IMG/VR virus record: IMGVR_UViG_3300021197_001537
Span: 1 to 55,411 of that record
Reading direction: 5' to 3' (one strand)
DNA: 55,411 nucleotides
Source: a virus
Lineage: Duplodnaviria > Caudoviricetes
In this document: one piece after another, positions 9,501 through 18,800 of the stretch
How positions within the stretch are numbered: position 1 is the first letter of the stretch
Layout of the letters: each line of letters opens with the position of its first letter
Notes under the pieces: generated by a model
The model's database searches: none
The model's input: the letters and a program-made list of their open reading frames with translations, nothing else
What the model was told of the DNA's origin: nothing
Position numbers and translations under genes: made by a program

Positions 9501-12120
9501 GGCTGAAGCCTATACTGTTGAGCAGTTTAAAGATACTGCACAGGACATAATCAGAAACGGGACCATCTTGCGCCGCACCATCAGCGAAGCCGAGGCTTCT
9601 TTTATTCAGTTGGCGTCCGATAATTTCGAAAAGAGAGGAGAATTAGAAGCAGAGAGTCTTCAGTTACAGGAGTTTTTAGAAATCGGAGCAGCACCTGGAC
9701 TACCTACTCAAATAGTTTATGAAACCGTAGGAGATGAACTAACTCGAATAGTCGTAGAAAGGGATGAGGGTTCAAACGATGTAATCATCGTGGAACAGGG
9801 CACTCCAAGTTCTTACTCGCAATATTTTAGAGCAAATGGTTTGGAAGGCGATTCACCAAACGACATTTTCGCATCTCTTATTGGAAGCCGATTCACCGAG
9901 TTCGTAGATTCAAACTCCTTGGAGGCTATAAGAGAAAATGCGAGAACGACCCTTTATAGTGTTGTTAAAAATAAATTCTTAAAAGACATTTCTGATAGAA
10001 TTATCAGCAGCCCTTATTTTAAGAAATTAGACAACGCTGCCCACGGCATTGAATTAATTGATTTATCACCACAGACGGATAATCCAGAATGCGATGTTCA
10101 TTTGCTAAAGGTCAAGACCCTTATAAAAGACATTGAGGGGGAGTTCGACCAAGACTTTTGTTTAGATTACGATTCCTTGAATGATACCACTGGTGACCAA
10201 AAAAATCCAATGGAAGCAGCTATTATGGAAGGCTGTGTCAGATTAACTTCAAGACATTATCTTGTCGAGATGCTTTTAAAGAGTGTTTTCACAATGTCTG
10301 TTTTCGATTCCACGAGAGACTTTGATAAGATAAAGTTTTCTTTCATAAAAGACATGGTAAAGCTTGCGATGCTTGAATACAGTGCTCAATATTATGATGA
10401 CTTCTTAATTGAGGTACACGAGATTGTAGGTGCTGAGACAAAAGAAGAGTCATTTATAGAGATTTTAAAGCAGGAATATGAAGTGATTATAGAGCCTCTT
10501 CAAATAGCATTGTTATTACCAAAAACCAGACCTTCAATTGTGAGGGAAATGTTACAAGAGATAATTGATAACACAAATGATAACCTTGCTGGCTCAAACA
10601 ATACAAGAGAAGTAGGTTCTTCAAGAGAACTGATAAAAGAGAGAATAATAAAGATTCAGTTTGAAAAGGAATCGTTAAAAGAAAATGATAGATTCTTCTA
10701 TGATAGACACAGGTCTCCCGATTCAAACATTATTCCTCAATCACCGCTGAGACAGTTTCAACTTTATGCAAACAGTTTGATAAGCAGAGGAATTGCTACA
10801 AAAGAAGAAGTAGAAAAAGCTACAATGATAATAGACTCTATTTCTCTGATAGAAGAAGCATTTGCAGAAGTTGATTATTCAAGAATGGATAACTATAGCA
10901 AAGAAAGGGGTTTCTTTCTCGGACTAAACAAAGAACAACTTACTGGAATTAACTCTGAATCAAATAATCCTCGGTTTATAATTCCAATATCAGAGGTTGA
11001 GAACCGATATGAAAAATTAGTAAAGAATAAATCAGAGGAGTCAACATTCCAGGGTCAAGAACAATTTGCAGAACTTACGTTCGATGAGTTTTTCGATGCT
11101 ACTGAAGTAAGAGTCTTGTTTGATTTCTTCTTTCCTATTGAGAACTACAAGGCTACATTCACTATTCACGAGATTGTTTCTTTATCCACCAACGCTGACA
11201 TAAGAAATTCTTTCACAATAACAAGAGACCAGTTGAATTCTCTATTTTACACCATTACACCAGAACAAGATGACTGGAAAAAGCAGAATCCAAACTTGAA
11301 AGAAACAAGTGCAGAAGACTTAACTTCAATTGTTGACCTTGAGTTCGGTGTCAAAGACACCCCTTGTGGGGAGCTATCTTGGAATCTAGGTCTCGGCGTT
11401 AATTGGGGTAAAGCCTATAAGGGTTTCAATTTCAACTTTGCAGCAAAAGCCGCAAAAGATGCAGCACTTCAAGCATTTAAGGACTATGTTGAGCAAAACG
11501 ACCCCAACATTAAACTTGCAAGACAGCTTGCGTTCTTGTCGAAACTTGCTTGTGTTAACGTTCCAACAACAGTTTACTCTGCACCACTATCCTTTGTTCC
11601 TGGCTTCATTCCAACCCCTTTAACGAATCTTTATAATGCGTTAGGTCTTGGCTTTTACGATAAGAATAGAACAAAAACAGATGAAGAACTTGAAGACTTG
11701 GGGCTCGAACAAAGAGACCCTTGCACTGGCGAACTTATCGAACCACTGGAAAGAAGACAGAGGACTGGACTTCGTGACTTTCTAACAACCGAAGCTCAAG
11801 CAACAGAGGTGAGAAACATTCAGTCTGAGAGAGAAGATGCAATTGTTTCAGAATTAAGAGAAAAGATTGAACTTGAAAATCAGAGGCTGGAGAGTGCAAA
11901 GAGTCAGCGATTTGCACTTCAAGAAGATATAAATAACTACACAAGTTATGGTAGAAGAAACTTTGATGCGAGACCTTATCCTCAAGAACTTTTAACGGAA
12001 AATCGACCTGGAGAATTCCTAAGCCCCTTTGCCCGATGGACAAGACTAAACGAGGATGAAAGAAAGGCAAGAATAGAAATAAACAGGCTTGAAGCTGAAC
12101 TGATGCAACTTACAAGATAA
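6592..12120 (+). CDS. Large (1842 aa) putative virion/baseplate-associated protein with a degenerate SH3b-like segment
   Basis: Long ORF between spike and gp25; LRSLPDPNAEVV...FTEVK...LYVLKNFI resembles SH3b; C-terminal coiled coil. Confidence 0.6.
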   Translation: MALTPSQSRLEDLRAKEKFAIENGYDYSNPAQGKIQSWVEVELDFTPEEDKLVPPAGRLILNNVDAGRILQKDINAYCAAHPQVCASASRRDEIYKRMVEEGTTPEPKPAEPVSQDFIPTPMVPPLPTSATHRVIINESNIETVLRSLPDPNAEVVMPLEPEQQFIVIDEAVGPNGTFTEVKTIGTTPQSARLYVLKNFISPLPQTPKSAKMDLGQQKSLPMPSAISPRWTDKNVNVSYFDVSDAKVKVSVETNYDSTGGEKLTERMREALATGLKIILKDNGKKSDEETVNRLLLENYFIFARAEDYYVDSRAKIPMRVLVTLPYKYIEPLEDKEEEPEFDFSIQIPVAKFLDIFSTASNKIKTLGKGMKEFDGEIQTFDPDRESDNLTSYVDEIEKLLTENGLKGPTSSPSAPPTDFIIIGWKEGYEPTYVAYLNQKNNDKTVMSKSMTVFQKTEPVESKRTQELVHRVREIGSFAGSWTEFLGIFSKEEPVSIIHNNQNLDKQPKSEIGPSVKSVEQMRREDNYLIDDNRKTEIYEERKNKSTVVALAGRAAEDFPKTANQVTSLESSYERVLNNVNLPFLISEAIACLGDIRGLKSEVSGALGFLSQIHKIPSAIFPDDLPTDDISAAFVSTLKNTLESMISAVLVSLVKGVLASLGAACADDEPAGESPSLEDLLNAMEKVEGDFDKEKAASFIDDLFNVLTPVEICELLEGNPSEKTLEIAQSLLRRLYPELGLETKTQIINFFQTLGNFINFQLCRDILDEQIPDTDLKVEDFLCEDESDSLREELLRQKGEMTEDQIKEQLAKDKERKEQLADQLLAALENGPLADNFKAPDLFCAKDSNKPGAASFVDESFSLMLRETLEGLFGAVSTSFNKEGNEFASTTLEQVQYENEEGQQLFRFEPVPQFKNIIKTSIPEQAPDNPASFILPVSSTPVSNSIADNIRRRIDDISNIFIGIELVAGSEAEAYTVEQFKDTAQDIIRNGTILRRTISEAEASFIQLASDNFEKRGELEAESLQLQEFLEIGAAPGLPTQIVYETVGDELTRIVVERDEGSNDVIIVEQGTPSSYSQYFRANGLEGDSPNDIFASLIGSRFTEFVDSNSLEAIRENARTTLYSVVKNKFLKDISDRIISSPYFKKLDNAAHGIELIDLSPQTDNPECDVHLLKVKTLIKDIEGEFDQDFCLDYDSLNDTTGDQKNPMEAAIMEGCVRLTSRHYLVEMLLKSVFTMSVFDSTRDFDKIKFSFIKDMVKLAMLEYSAQYYDDFLIEVHEIVGAETKEESFIEILKQEYEVIIEPLQIALLLPKTRPSIVREMLQEIIDNTNDNLAGSNNTREVGSSRELIKERIIKIQFEKESLKENDRFFYDRHRSPDSNIIPQSPLRQFQLYANSLISRGIATKEEVEKATMIIDSISLIEEAFAEVDYSRMDNYSKERGFFLGLNKEQLTGINSESNNPRFIIPISEVENRYEKLVKNKSEESTFQGQEQFAELTFDEFFDATEVRVLFDFFFPIENYKATFTIHEIVSLSTNADIRNSFTITRDQLNSLFYTITPEQDDWKKQNPNLKETSAEDLTSIVDLEFGVKDTPCGELSWNLGLGVNWGKAYKGFNFNFAAKAAKDAALQAFKDYVEQNDPNIKLARQLAFLSKLACVNVPTTVYSAPLSFVPGFIPTPLTNLYNALGLGFYDKNRTKTDEELEDLGLEQRDPCTGELIEPLERRQRTGLRDFLTTEAQATEVRNIQSEREDAIVSELREKIELENQRLESAKSQRFALQEDINNYTSYGRRNFDARPYPQELLTENRPGEFLSPFARWTRLNEDERKARIEINRLEAELMQLTR

Positions 12121-12135
12121 AAATGTTTAGAATCT

Positions 12136-12142
12136 CTACTTA
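12136..12142 (+). promoter_or_regulatory. Putative late promoter CTACTTA within an ATCTCTA/TAGAGAT inverted repeat
   Basis: Intergenic, upstream of AGGAGA and the gp25 start; matches the recurrent CTAHWTA motif. Confidence 0.5.
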
Positions 12143-12159
12143 GAGATAGGAGAAATAAC

Positions 12160-12552
12160 GTGGCTTACGGCTTATCACCAAAATTACCATTATTAAAAGA
12201 CCCAGCAGATGGCTATGCTCTTAATAAGACATATAGAGAAATGGTGGCACAGAACCTCAAAATGGTTGTTCTCACTGCACCAGGTGAGAGAATAATGGAG
12301 CCCAACTTCGGCGTCGGATTACGAAATTACTTATTTAAAAACAACACAAAGCAGACCTATCACGAAATTGAATCAAAGATTCGAGAACAGGTTTCTTTCT
12401 ATCTACCATTTGTAACGATAATAGAGGTTAAGATAGAGGACTACCTGAAAGAAATAGGAATAACCAGCAACGGTGTTAAGATAAGTCTTCAATACAACAT
12501 CGACCCGATTAGCGTTATAGACTCTTTAGAAATAAAAGCCTCGGCAAACTAA
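12160..12552 (+). CDS. gp25: Baseplate wedge subunit, gp25/GPW family
   Basis: QNLKMVVLTAPGERIMEPNFGVGLRNYLF signature; GTG start with AGGAGA. Confidence 0.9.
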   Translation: MAYGLSPKLPLLKDPADGYALNKTYREMVAQNLKMVVLTAPGERIMEPNFGVGLRNYLFKNNTKQTYHEIESKIREQVSFYLPFVTIIEVKIEDYLKEIGITSNGVKISLQYNIDPISVIDSLEIKASAN

Positions 12553-12555
12553 TTA
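12548..12555 (+). promoter_or_regulatory. Putative late promoter ACTAATTA
   Basis: Recurrent motif at the gene boundary upstream of gp6. Confidence 0.45.
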
Positions 12556-12577
12556 TTTTACCGAAGAGGAATTACAG

Positions 12578-14419
12578 ATGAGCAAGACCAGAACAGTTTC
12601 GATAAAATACACAAGTCGTGAATTTGATTCAATTAAACAAGACCTTGTAGACTACACAAAAAGATACTACCCTGATTCGTTTAGGGACTTTAACGAGGCA
12701 AGTTTCGGTGCTCTTATGATAGACACTGTTGCCTACATTGGCGACATTTTATCTTTCTACATTGACTATCAAGCAAATGAGACGTTTCTAGAGACAGCAG
12801 CGGAATACGAAAACATCTTAAAGCTCGGAAAGCAGCTTGGATTTAAATTTAGAGGTGCAGCGTCATCTGTTGGCAATGCAACTTTTTATGCTTTGATTCC
12901 TGCTACGACAACAGGAGTTGGTCCAGACCAAGCCTACATGCCAGTCCTTAAAAAAGGTTCTACATTTCGAGCAACAACAGGAGCTTCATTCCTTTTAAAT
13001 CAAGACGTCTTCTTTGGAAATCCAAGAAATGAGACTCGTGTTGCAAGAGTAGATGAAACAACAGGCACACCAACCTTTTACGCAATCAAGGCTTATGGAG
13101 AGGTGGTCTCTGGTTCATTAAGTCAAGAGTTTGTCTCTGTTGGAGCTTTTAAGAAGTTCAACAAGGTAGAACTACAATCACTTGATATTTCAGAGATTAT
13201 TTCAGTTATAGACTCTGAAGGTAATGAGTTCTTCGAGGTTGATAATTTATCACAAAACGTAATTTATAAATCTGTGACAAACAGAACCAAGACGGTAGGA
13301 ACTGAATCTTACGATGCTAACACAGGCGACCAAGCAGCGGAGATTTTAAAACCAGTAGTGGTTCCAAGAAGATTTATCGTTGACCGAGCGGCTAGAAAGA
13401 CTACATTATCATTTGGCTCAAGTTCAGATGCCATTCTTCCTGATGATATGATTTCAGAACCAAACACTGTTATTATGGAGACTCATGGAAAGAATTTTAT
13501 TCAAGACAAATCATTTGACCCCACCCGCCTTATTGCTAGTGATAAATTTGGCGTTGCACCTTCGAACACAACACTAACTGTAGAGTTCAGAAGCAATACC
13601 ATAACAAACGTTAATTGTAGAGTGGGTCAGTTAAATAAATCAGTTGATTATAACGTAGAGTTCGAAGACCTTCCGTCACTAAACGCAGCAACAGCAAATG
13701 ATGTTGCAAACTCTATTGAAGTTGATAATGAAGAGCCTATTGTAGGAGATGTTTCACTTCCAAACTCAGATGAACTTAAGGTAAGAATAAGAGACACCTT
13801 CGCAACTCAAAACAGGGCAGTCACCCAACAGGACTATGAGTCATTTGTCTATCAGATGCCACCAAAGTTTGGCTCTGTTAAGCGATGCAGGATTTTAAGA
13901 GATAATGATTCTTTAAGGAGAAACTTAAACCTTTACTTGATTTCCGAGAATAGAGATGGTACACTAACAGAGTCTAATTCTATCCTCAAAAAGAATGTTA
14001 AGACGTGGCTACAAAAGAATAAGATGATTAGCGATACTATTGACATCCTTGACGCAAAGGTAGTTAATTTTTCAATTGAGTTTGTAGCAGTTGGTCGAAT
14101 GGATAAATCAAAGTTTGATGTTCTTGAATCAGCAAAACGTAAGCTACAACAGCGATTCTCAAGACTTCCAGACATCGGCGAACCTTTCTTCATAACTGAC
14201 GTTTATAGTGAGCTTCGAAAAGTAGAAGGAATTCTTGATGTGACAGACGTGAAAATTGTTCAAAAGATTGGAACTACAAATCCGAACCGAGGTTATTCCA
14301 ACATCCGATTTGACTTGGATAGAGCGACCTCTGCTGACGGACGCTACATCGAGATGCCAAAGAACGTTCTTTATGAAATTAAATTCCCAGCGTTCGACAT
14401 TACAGGAGCAATTGTCTAA
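12578..14419 (+). CDS. gp6: Baseplate wedge subunit, T4 gp6 / baseplate J-like
   Basis: EFDSIKQDL...AYIGDILSFYIDYQANETFLETA N-terminus and QNRAVTQQDYE motif; follows gp25. Confidence 0.88.
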   Translation: MSKTRTVSIKYTSREFDSIKQDLVDYTKRYYPDSFRDFNEASFGALMIDTVAYIGDILSFYIDYQANETFLETAAEYENILKLGKQLGFKFRGAASSVGNATFYALIPATTTGVGPDQAYMPVLKKGSTFRATTGASFLLNQDVFFGNPRNETRVARVDETTGTPTFYAIKAYGEVVSGSLSQEFVSVGAFKKFNKVELQSLDISEIISVIDSEGNEFFEVDNLSQNVIYKSVTNRTKTVGTESYDANTGDQAAEILKPVVVPRRFIVDRAARKTTLSFGSSSDAILPDDMISEPNTVIMETHGKNFIQDKSFDPTRLIASDKFGVAPSNTTLTVEFRSNTITNVNCRVGQLNKSVDYNVEFEDLPSLNAATANDVANSIEVDNEEPIVGDVSLPNSDELKVRIRDTFATQNRAVTQQDYESFVYQMPPKFGSVKRCRILRDNDSLRRNLNLYLISENRDGTLTESNSILKKNVKTWLQKNKMISDTIDILDAKVVNFSIEFVAVGRMDKSKFDVLESAKRKLQQRFSRLPDIGEPFFITDVYSELRKVEGILDVTDVKIVQKIGTTNPNRGYSNIRFDLDRATSADGRYIEMPKNVLYEIKFPAFDITGAIV

Positions 14420-15837
14420 TGTCTATTAAAAAGTTTTACGCAACAAAAGATACAACTATTACAAACGCCTATAAAGAAGACTTGAAAACACGAGCAACTG
14501 ATGCTAATATGGGCTTATCAGATTCTCTTGAAGTTTTCTTCATCTACGGGCAGAACCCTGACCCTGATGCAACAGACGCACAGAAAAGAGAAGAGTCAAG
14601 AATTCTTGTTTATCCGAATCTAGATGATATATGGACCTATTATGGCGTGTCTGCACCTTCCGATACAAAATTTGTCTTAAGACTTTTTAATGCAAAGCAC
14701 CCATTTACATTGCCAAAAAACTTTACACTCAATCTTTATCACTTCGAGGAAGCATGGCTAGAGGGTCACGGTCTGGACATGGAGTCTTATAAGGACATCG
14801 GTGCTCCAAATTGGGCTGAAAGGCAGACAGGAGCTAATTGGACCAGCGAAGGAGTGATAGACACTTCTACTCCTCCTGCTGGTTCTTTCATCAGCAGCAA
14901 GAATTTCGACACAGGCGATGAAGATTTGGAAATAGACATTACGTCTTTTATTGTAGATAATTGGAACACCATAGATGTAGACACCGCCTTTTTGATAACC
15001 TTCACTTCAACAGAGTCAGCAGGCGTAATCAACTTCTACACAAAGAAGTTCTTTTCTCGCTCATCAGAGTTCTTTTTCAAGCGACCAATTATCGAAGCAA
15101 GGTCTGCTAATGCCATCGGCGATGATAGAGGAAAATTCTATAAAGCTTCGCCATTGGCTACCAGCGATGTCCAAAGTTTATATCTATACAACACTGTCTC
15201 AGGAGTAAGGGAAAATATAACAGGTGTAGTAACCTTAGAATTGTTCTCAGGCTCTACACTAACACCAGAGACTCTCATCGGCACAGCAGCAGTCACAAAC
15301 CCAGAGACGGGAGTCTATAAGGGGACTATTACGATTAGCAGCGACGTTACTGTTGCGACCATATACGAAAAATGGGTAGTAGCAGGCACAACGACAATAA
15401 AAACTGGTTCAATAAAGCTTCTAACAAGAGAGCCAGAGACTAATGCAGGCGAGATTGACTACGTTGTAGACATTACAAATATGAAATCATCCTATTCAAG
15501 AGAGGAAACGGCAAAGTTCCGAGTTTACACTAGAGTAAAAGATTGGAATCCAACTATTTATACGGTAGCAAGTAAAGAGTTAGAAAACAACATTGTAGAA
15601 AAGATTTATTACAAGATTGTTCGAATGGTTGATGACGAAACTGTTATTGATTATGGAATTGGAACAACGCTTTTAAATAATGACCACACATTAGCTTCTT
15701 ATGACGCTTTAGGCAGTTATTTTGATTTTGATATGTCACTCTTGGAGAGTGGCTACATGTATGGAATCAAATTAATGTTCTCTGTAAATGGCGAACTATT
15801 GGAACAACCAGAGACTTTCAAATTTAGGGTAGATTAA
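14419..15837 (+). CDS. Baseplate-associated protein with a DNRLRE/CBM-like beta-sandwich N-terminal domain
   Basis: ATKDTTI...N.G...SRIL...LRLF...WLEG...W pattern; position after gp6. Confidence 0.55.
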   Translation: MSIKKFYATKDTTITNAYKEDLKTRATDANMGLSDSLEVFFIYGQNPDPDATDAQKREESRILVYPNLDDIWTYYGVSAPSDTKFVLRLFNAKHPFTLPKNFTLNLYHFEEAWLEGHGLDMESYKDIGAPNWAERQTGANWTSEGVIDTSTPPAGSFISSKNFDTGDEDLEIDITSFIVDNWNTIDVDTAFLITFTSTESAGVINFYTKKFFSRSSEFFFKRPIIEARSANAIGDDRGKFYKASPLATSDVQSLYLYNTVSGVRENITGVVTLELFSGSTLTPETLIGTAAVTNPETGVYKGTITISSDVTVATIYEKWVVAGTTTIKTGSIKLLTREPETNAGEIDYVVDITNMKSSYSREETAKFRVYTRVKDWNPTIYTVASKELENNIVEKIYYKIVRMVDDETVIDYGIGTTLLNNDHTLASYDALGSYFDFDMSLLESGYMYGIKLMFSVNGELLEQPETFKFRVD

Positions 15838-18800
15838 TGAGCGTAAAAAATCTGTTTAACAAGCGATTAAACAATAAAGTCGTAACTAAAACACAAGCAG
15901 ATAACCTCACTAACGACATCGAGTCAGCAGAGTTGGTAAGTGATGTTGTAAAGTCAGAGAATACTCTTATCCCTCACGTTGACTTTTCAGACCCAAAGAA
16001 CTTTTCTCGTTATGGCTCTGCTGAAAAATACTATGAAGATTCATTCGCAAGAGTCTATAAGACCTTTCCTTATGATGGTTCGACATCCGAGATTCAAAAG
16101 TGGCAAAACGAATCCTCCTATCTAGACAGATGGATATTCGACAATGCCTATCCTAAGTCAACTGGTTATGTAAAATTAGGAACTAACCAGTCTGTAACGG
16201 CGAAAGGTGGTCCAAACAACCAACCAGGGGTTACAGAAGGCGAAGCAGAAGAGCTTTCTAAACAGTTCCCTGTTAAATCAGGTAATTCTAACATCTGGGA
16301 CACCTCAATTTATAGAAACTCTAATCTCTATATTGACGGGGCATTAGGAAACACTGTTGAATTTTGGGCTAAACTTGAGTCCACATTTTCTGGCTCATTC
16401 GTTACGTTCAACGTAGGAAATGAAGCACAGTCTATTATAATGTCCGTTCGCTTTCGAACAACCGATGGTCTCCTAACCCTCGTCTATAGAGACGACACTG
16501 CTTCTGGCTTATCGACAACTACAAACATCGTTGATTTAATTACCACGACTTGGAGCCACTTGGCATTCTCATTTGTCAATGAAGGCGGTCAAGTAAAGGT
16601 CGAGGTCTATAAGAACGGCACAAGAGTCCACACTCAGGCAACTGGAACAGCTATTGGTTCAGTTACCCAGGTTGATTCAAAGTTAAACATAAATGGCACA
16701 TCTACTGGAACTTTGTCTGCTGATGGCTTTTATGTTGACGAATTCCGCTTCTGGAAGCAGCGAAGAACAGAAGAACAGATAGGAAGACATTGGTTCACAC
16801 AAGTTACAGGTGGAACAAACACAGACAACAATAAATATAGCGAAGAGAGTAACATCGTAGACCTCGGAATTTATTACAAATTCAACGAAGGTATTACAAC
16901 AGACGATTCTATTGACGCTACTGTTCTCGATTATTCAGGAAGAATTTCAAACGGAACAATCGCAAACTACTCTTCAACAGTTAGAAACACAGGTTCAGCG
17001 ATTAACGAATCAGGTCTTGTCGATGCCGACGATTATGAATTGCCCGACCCAATTGTTTACTCAACTCATCCGAGCTACGTCTCGGCATTGGAAGAATATA
17101 AACTCTTAGGTCAGACTCACGACTACACAAATAATGCCTCTATCTATCACACGATGCCAGCTTGGATTCTTGAAGAAGATGACGTCAATGGACAGAACAT
17201 TAAAGAGTTAACACAAGTTATCAGTAGTCACTTCGATGACACTCATCTTCGGATAAGCGAATTAACTAATTTAAAAAACAACGAATACTATTCTTTAGAA
17301 GAAGAATCAGACAAGCCATTCTTTTTTGTTAACAGGGCTTTGGAGTCTACTGGTCTTATAGTTCCTGACTTGTTTGTAGAGGCTACGGCTTTTGAAGAGA
17401 TTCTCTCAAGAGGCGAGCAAGAGCTTTTCGACGAAAAGATTCAAGACATTAAGAATGTTATTTATCAAAACATTTACAACAATGTCTCTTATATCTACAA
17501 GTCAAAGGGTGCTGAAAAAGCGTTTAGAAATCTCATCCGCTGCTTTGGCGTTGATGATGAATTAATTAAGATTAATCTTTATTCTGATAACTCTGATTAC
17601 ACGCTTGAGGATACAAGAAGAACAACAGCCATTAAAAAGAATGTTGTAGATTTCAATGACCCAGATAGAAATGATGCACTTGTCTATTCAAACGAGGTAG
17701 CAGCACGAGCAGAGACATCATCCTTTATTCCAGGCGTTCCATCTGCAAAGAGCAACCTTATTTCTCTTACCTTCGAGGCAGAGGCTATTTTTCCAAAGAG
17801 ACTTTCAGTGGAGCACCCAAACTATGTTTCACCAACTGGTCTTGAGAAGCAGATTGCAATGCTTGGTGAGGCAGATTCATTGGCTTCAGGTGACGCTGTT
17901 TATCAGGCAAGCATAAACCCAATCTTCAGCATTTATGCAAAGAAGGACGATGCTACGTCTGAAAACATAAAGTTCGCTCTATCATCTACTCTTCTCGGTG
18001 CTGACATCGAGACGGACGCAACTTATAAAGAGACTTATGATAACTCAAAGTGGAACTTTGCAGTAAGGCTTTCACCAATAAAAGAAATTGGAGATACAGT
18101 TTTAGGTGGTGCAACTTCTGATTATAACCTTGAGTTCTACGGCGTTAAGATGCTTGCAGATGAAGTTGAAGAGGAGTTCACAAAAACTACCGTTATAACT
18201 TCTTCTAACGCTCGGGCAGCAATGGAGTTGGCAAAGTTTGTTTCAGTAGGTGCTTTAAAGACAGATGCAGACCCTACCAACGCTACAACAGTAAGAGACA
18301 CTGACATCAAGGTCTCTTCGGTTAGATTTTGGTATGATTATCTATCAGACGCAGAAATCAAGGGACACGCTTCAGATGCAAGCAACTTTGGTAGACTAAA
18401 CCCAAACGCTGATGCCTATGCTTTTGTAACAAGTTTGTCAAGTGGTCTCACAACAGACATCCGAGTTCCAAGAAAAGATACTCTTGCACTCTTTTGGGAT
18501 TTCTCAAACGTAACAGCAGCAGACAGTTCAGGCGAGTTCATTGTAGAAGACTTGTCGGACAGAATAACAGACGGTCGTTATGGCTGGTTTACTGACTTAT
18601 TAGATAAACAAATAACTGGTAGAGGCAGGAGATTCTTAGCAGACGATAAACAGGTCGTAAACAAAGAGTTCCTTTACTCTGCAAAACATAGAACACCAGA
18701 GGTCTTAAATTCAGAAGACCTTATTGAGATTAGAACTCAAGACGACGATAAATTCACAAGAGAGTCCAGACCAATCACTCACTTCTTTGCTGCTGAAAAG

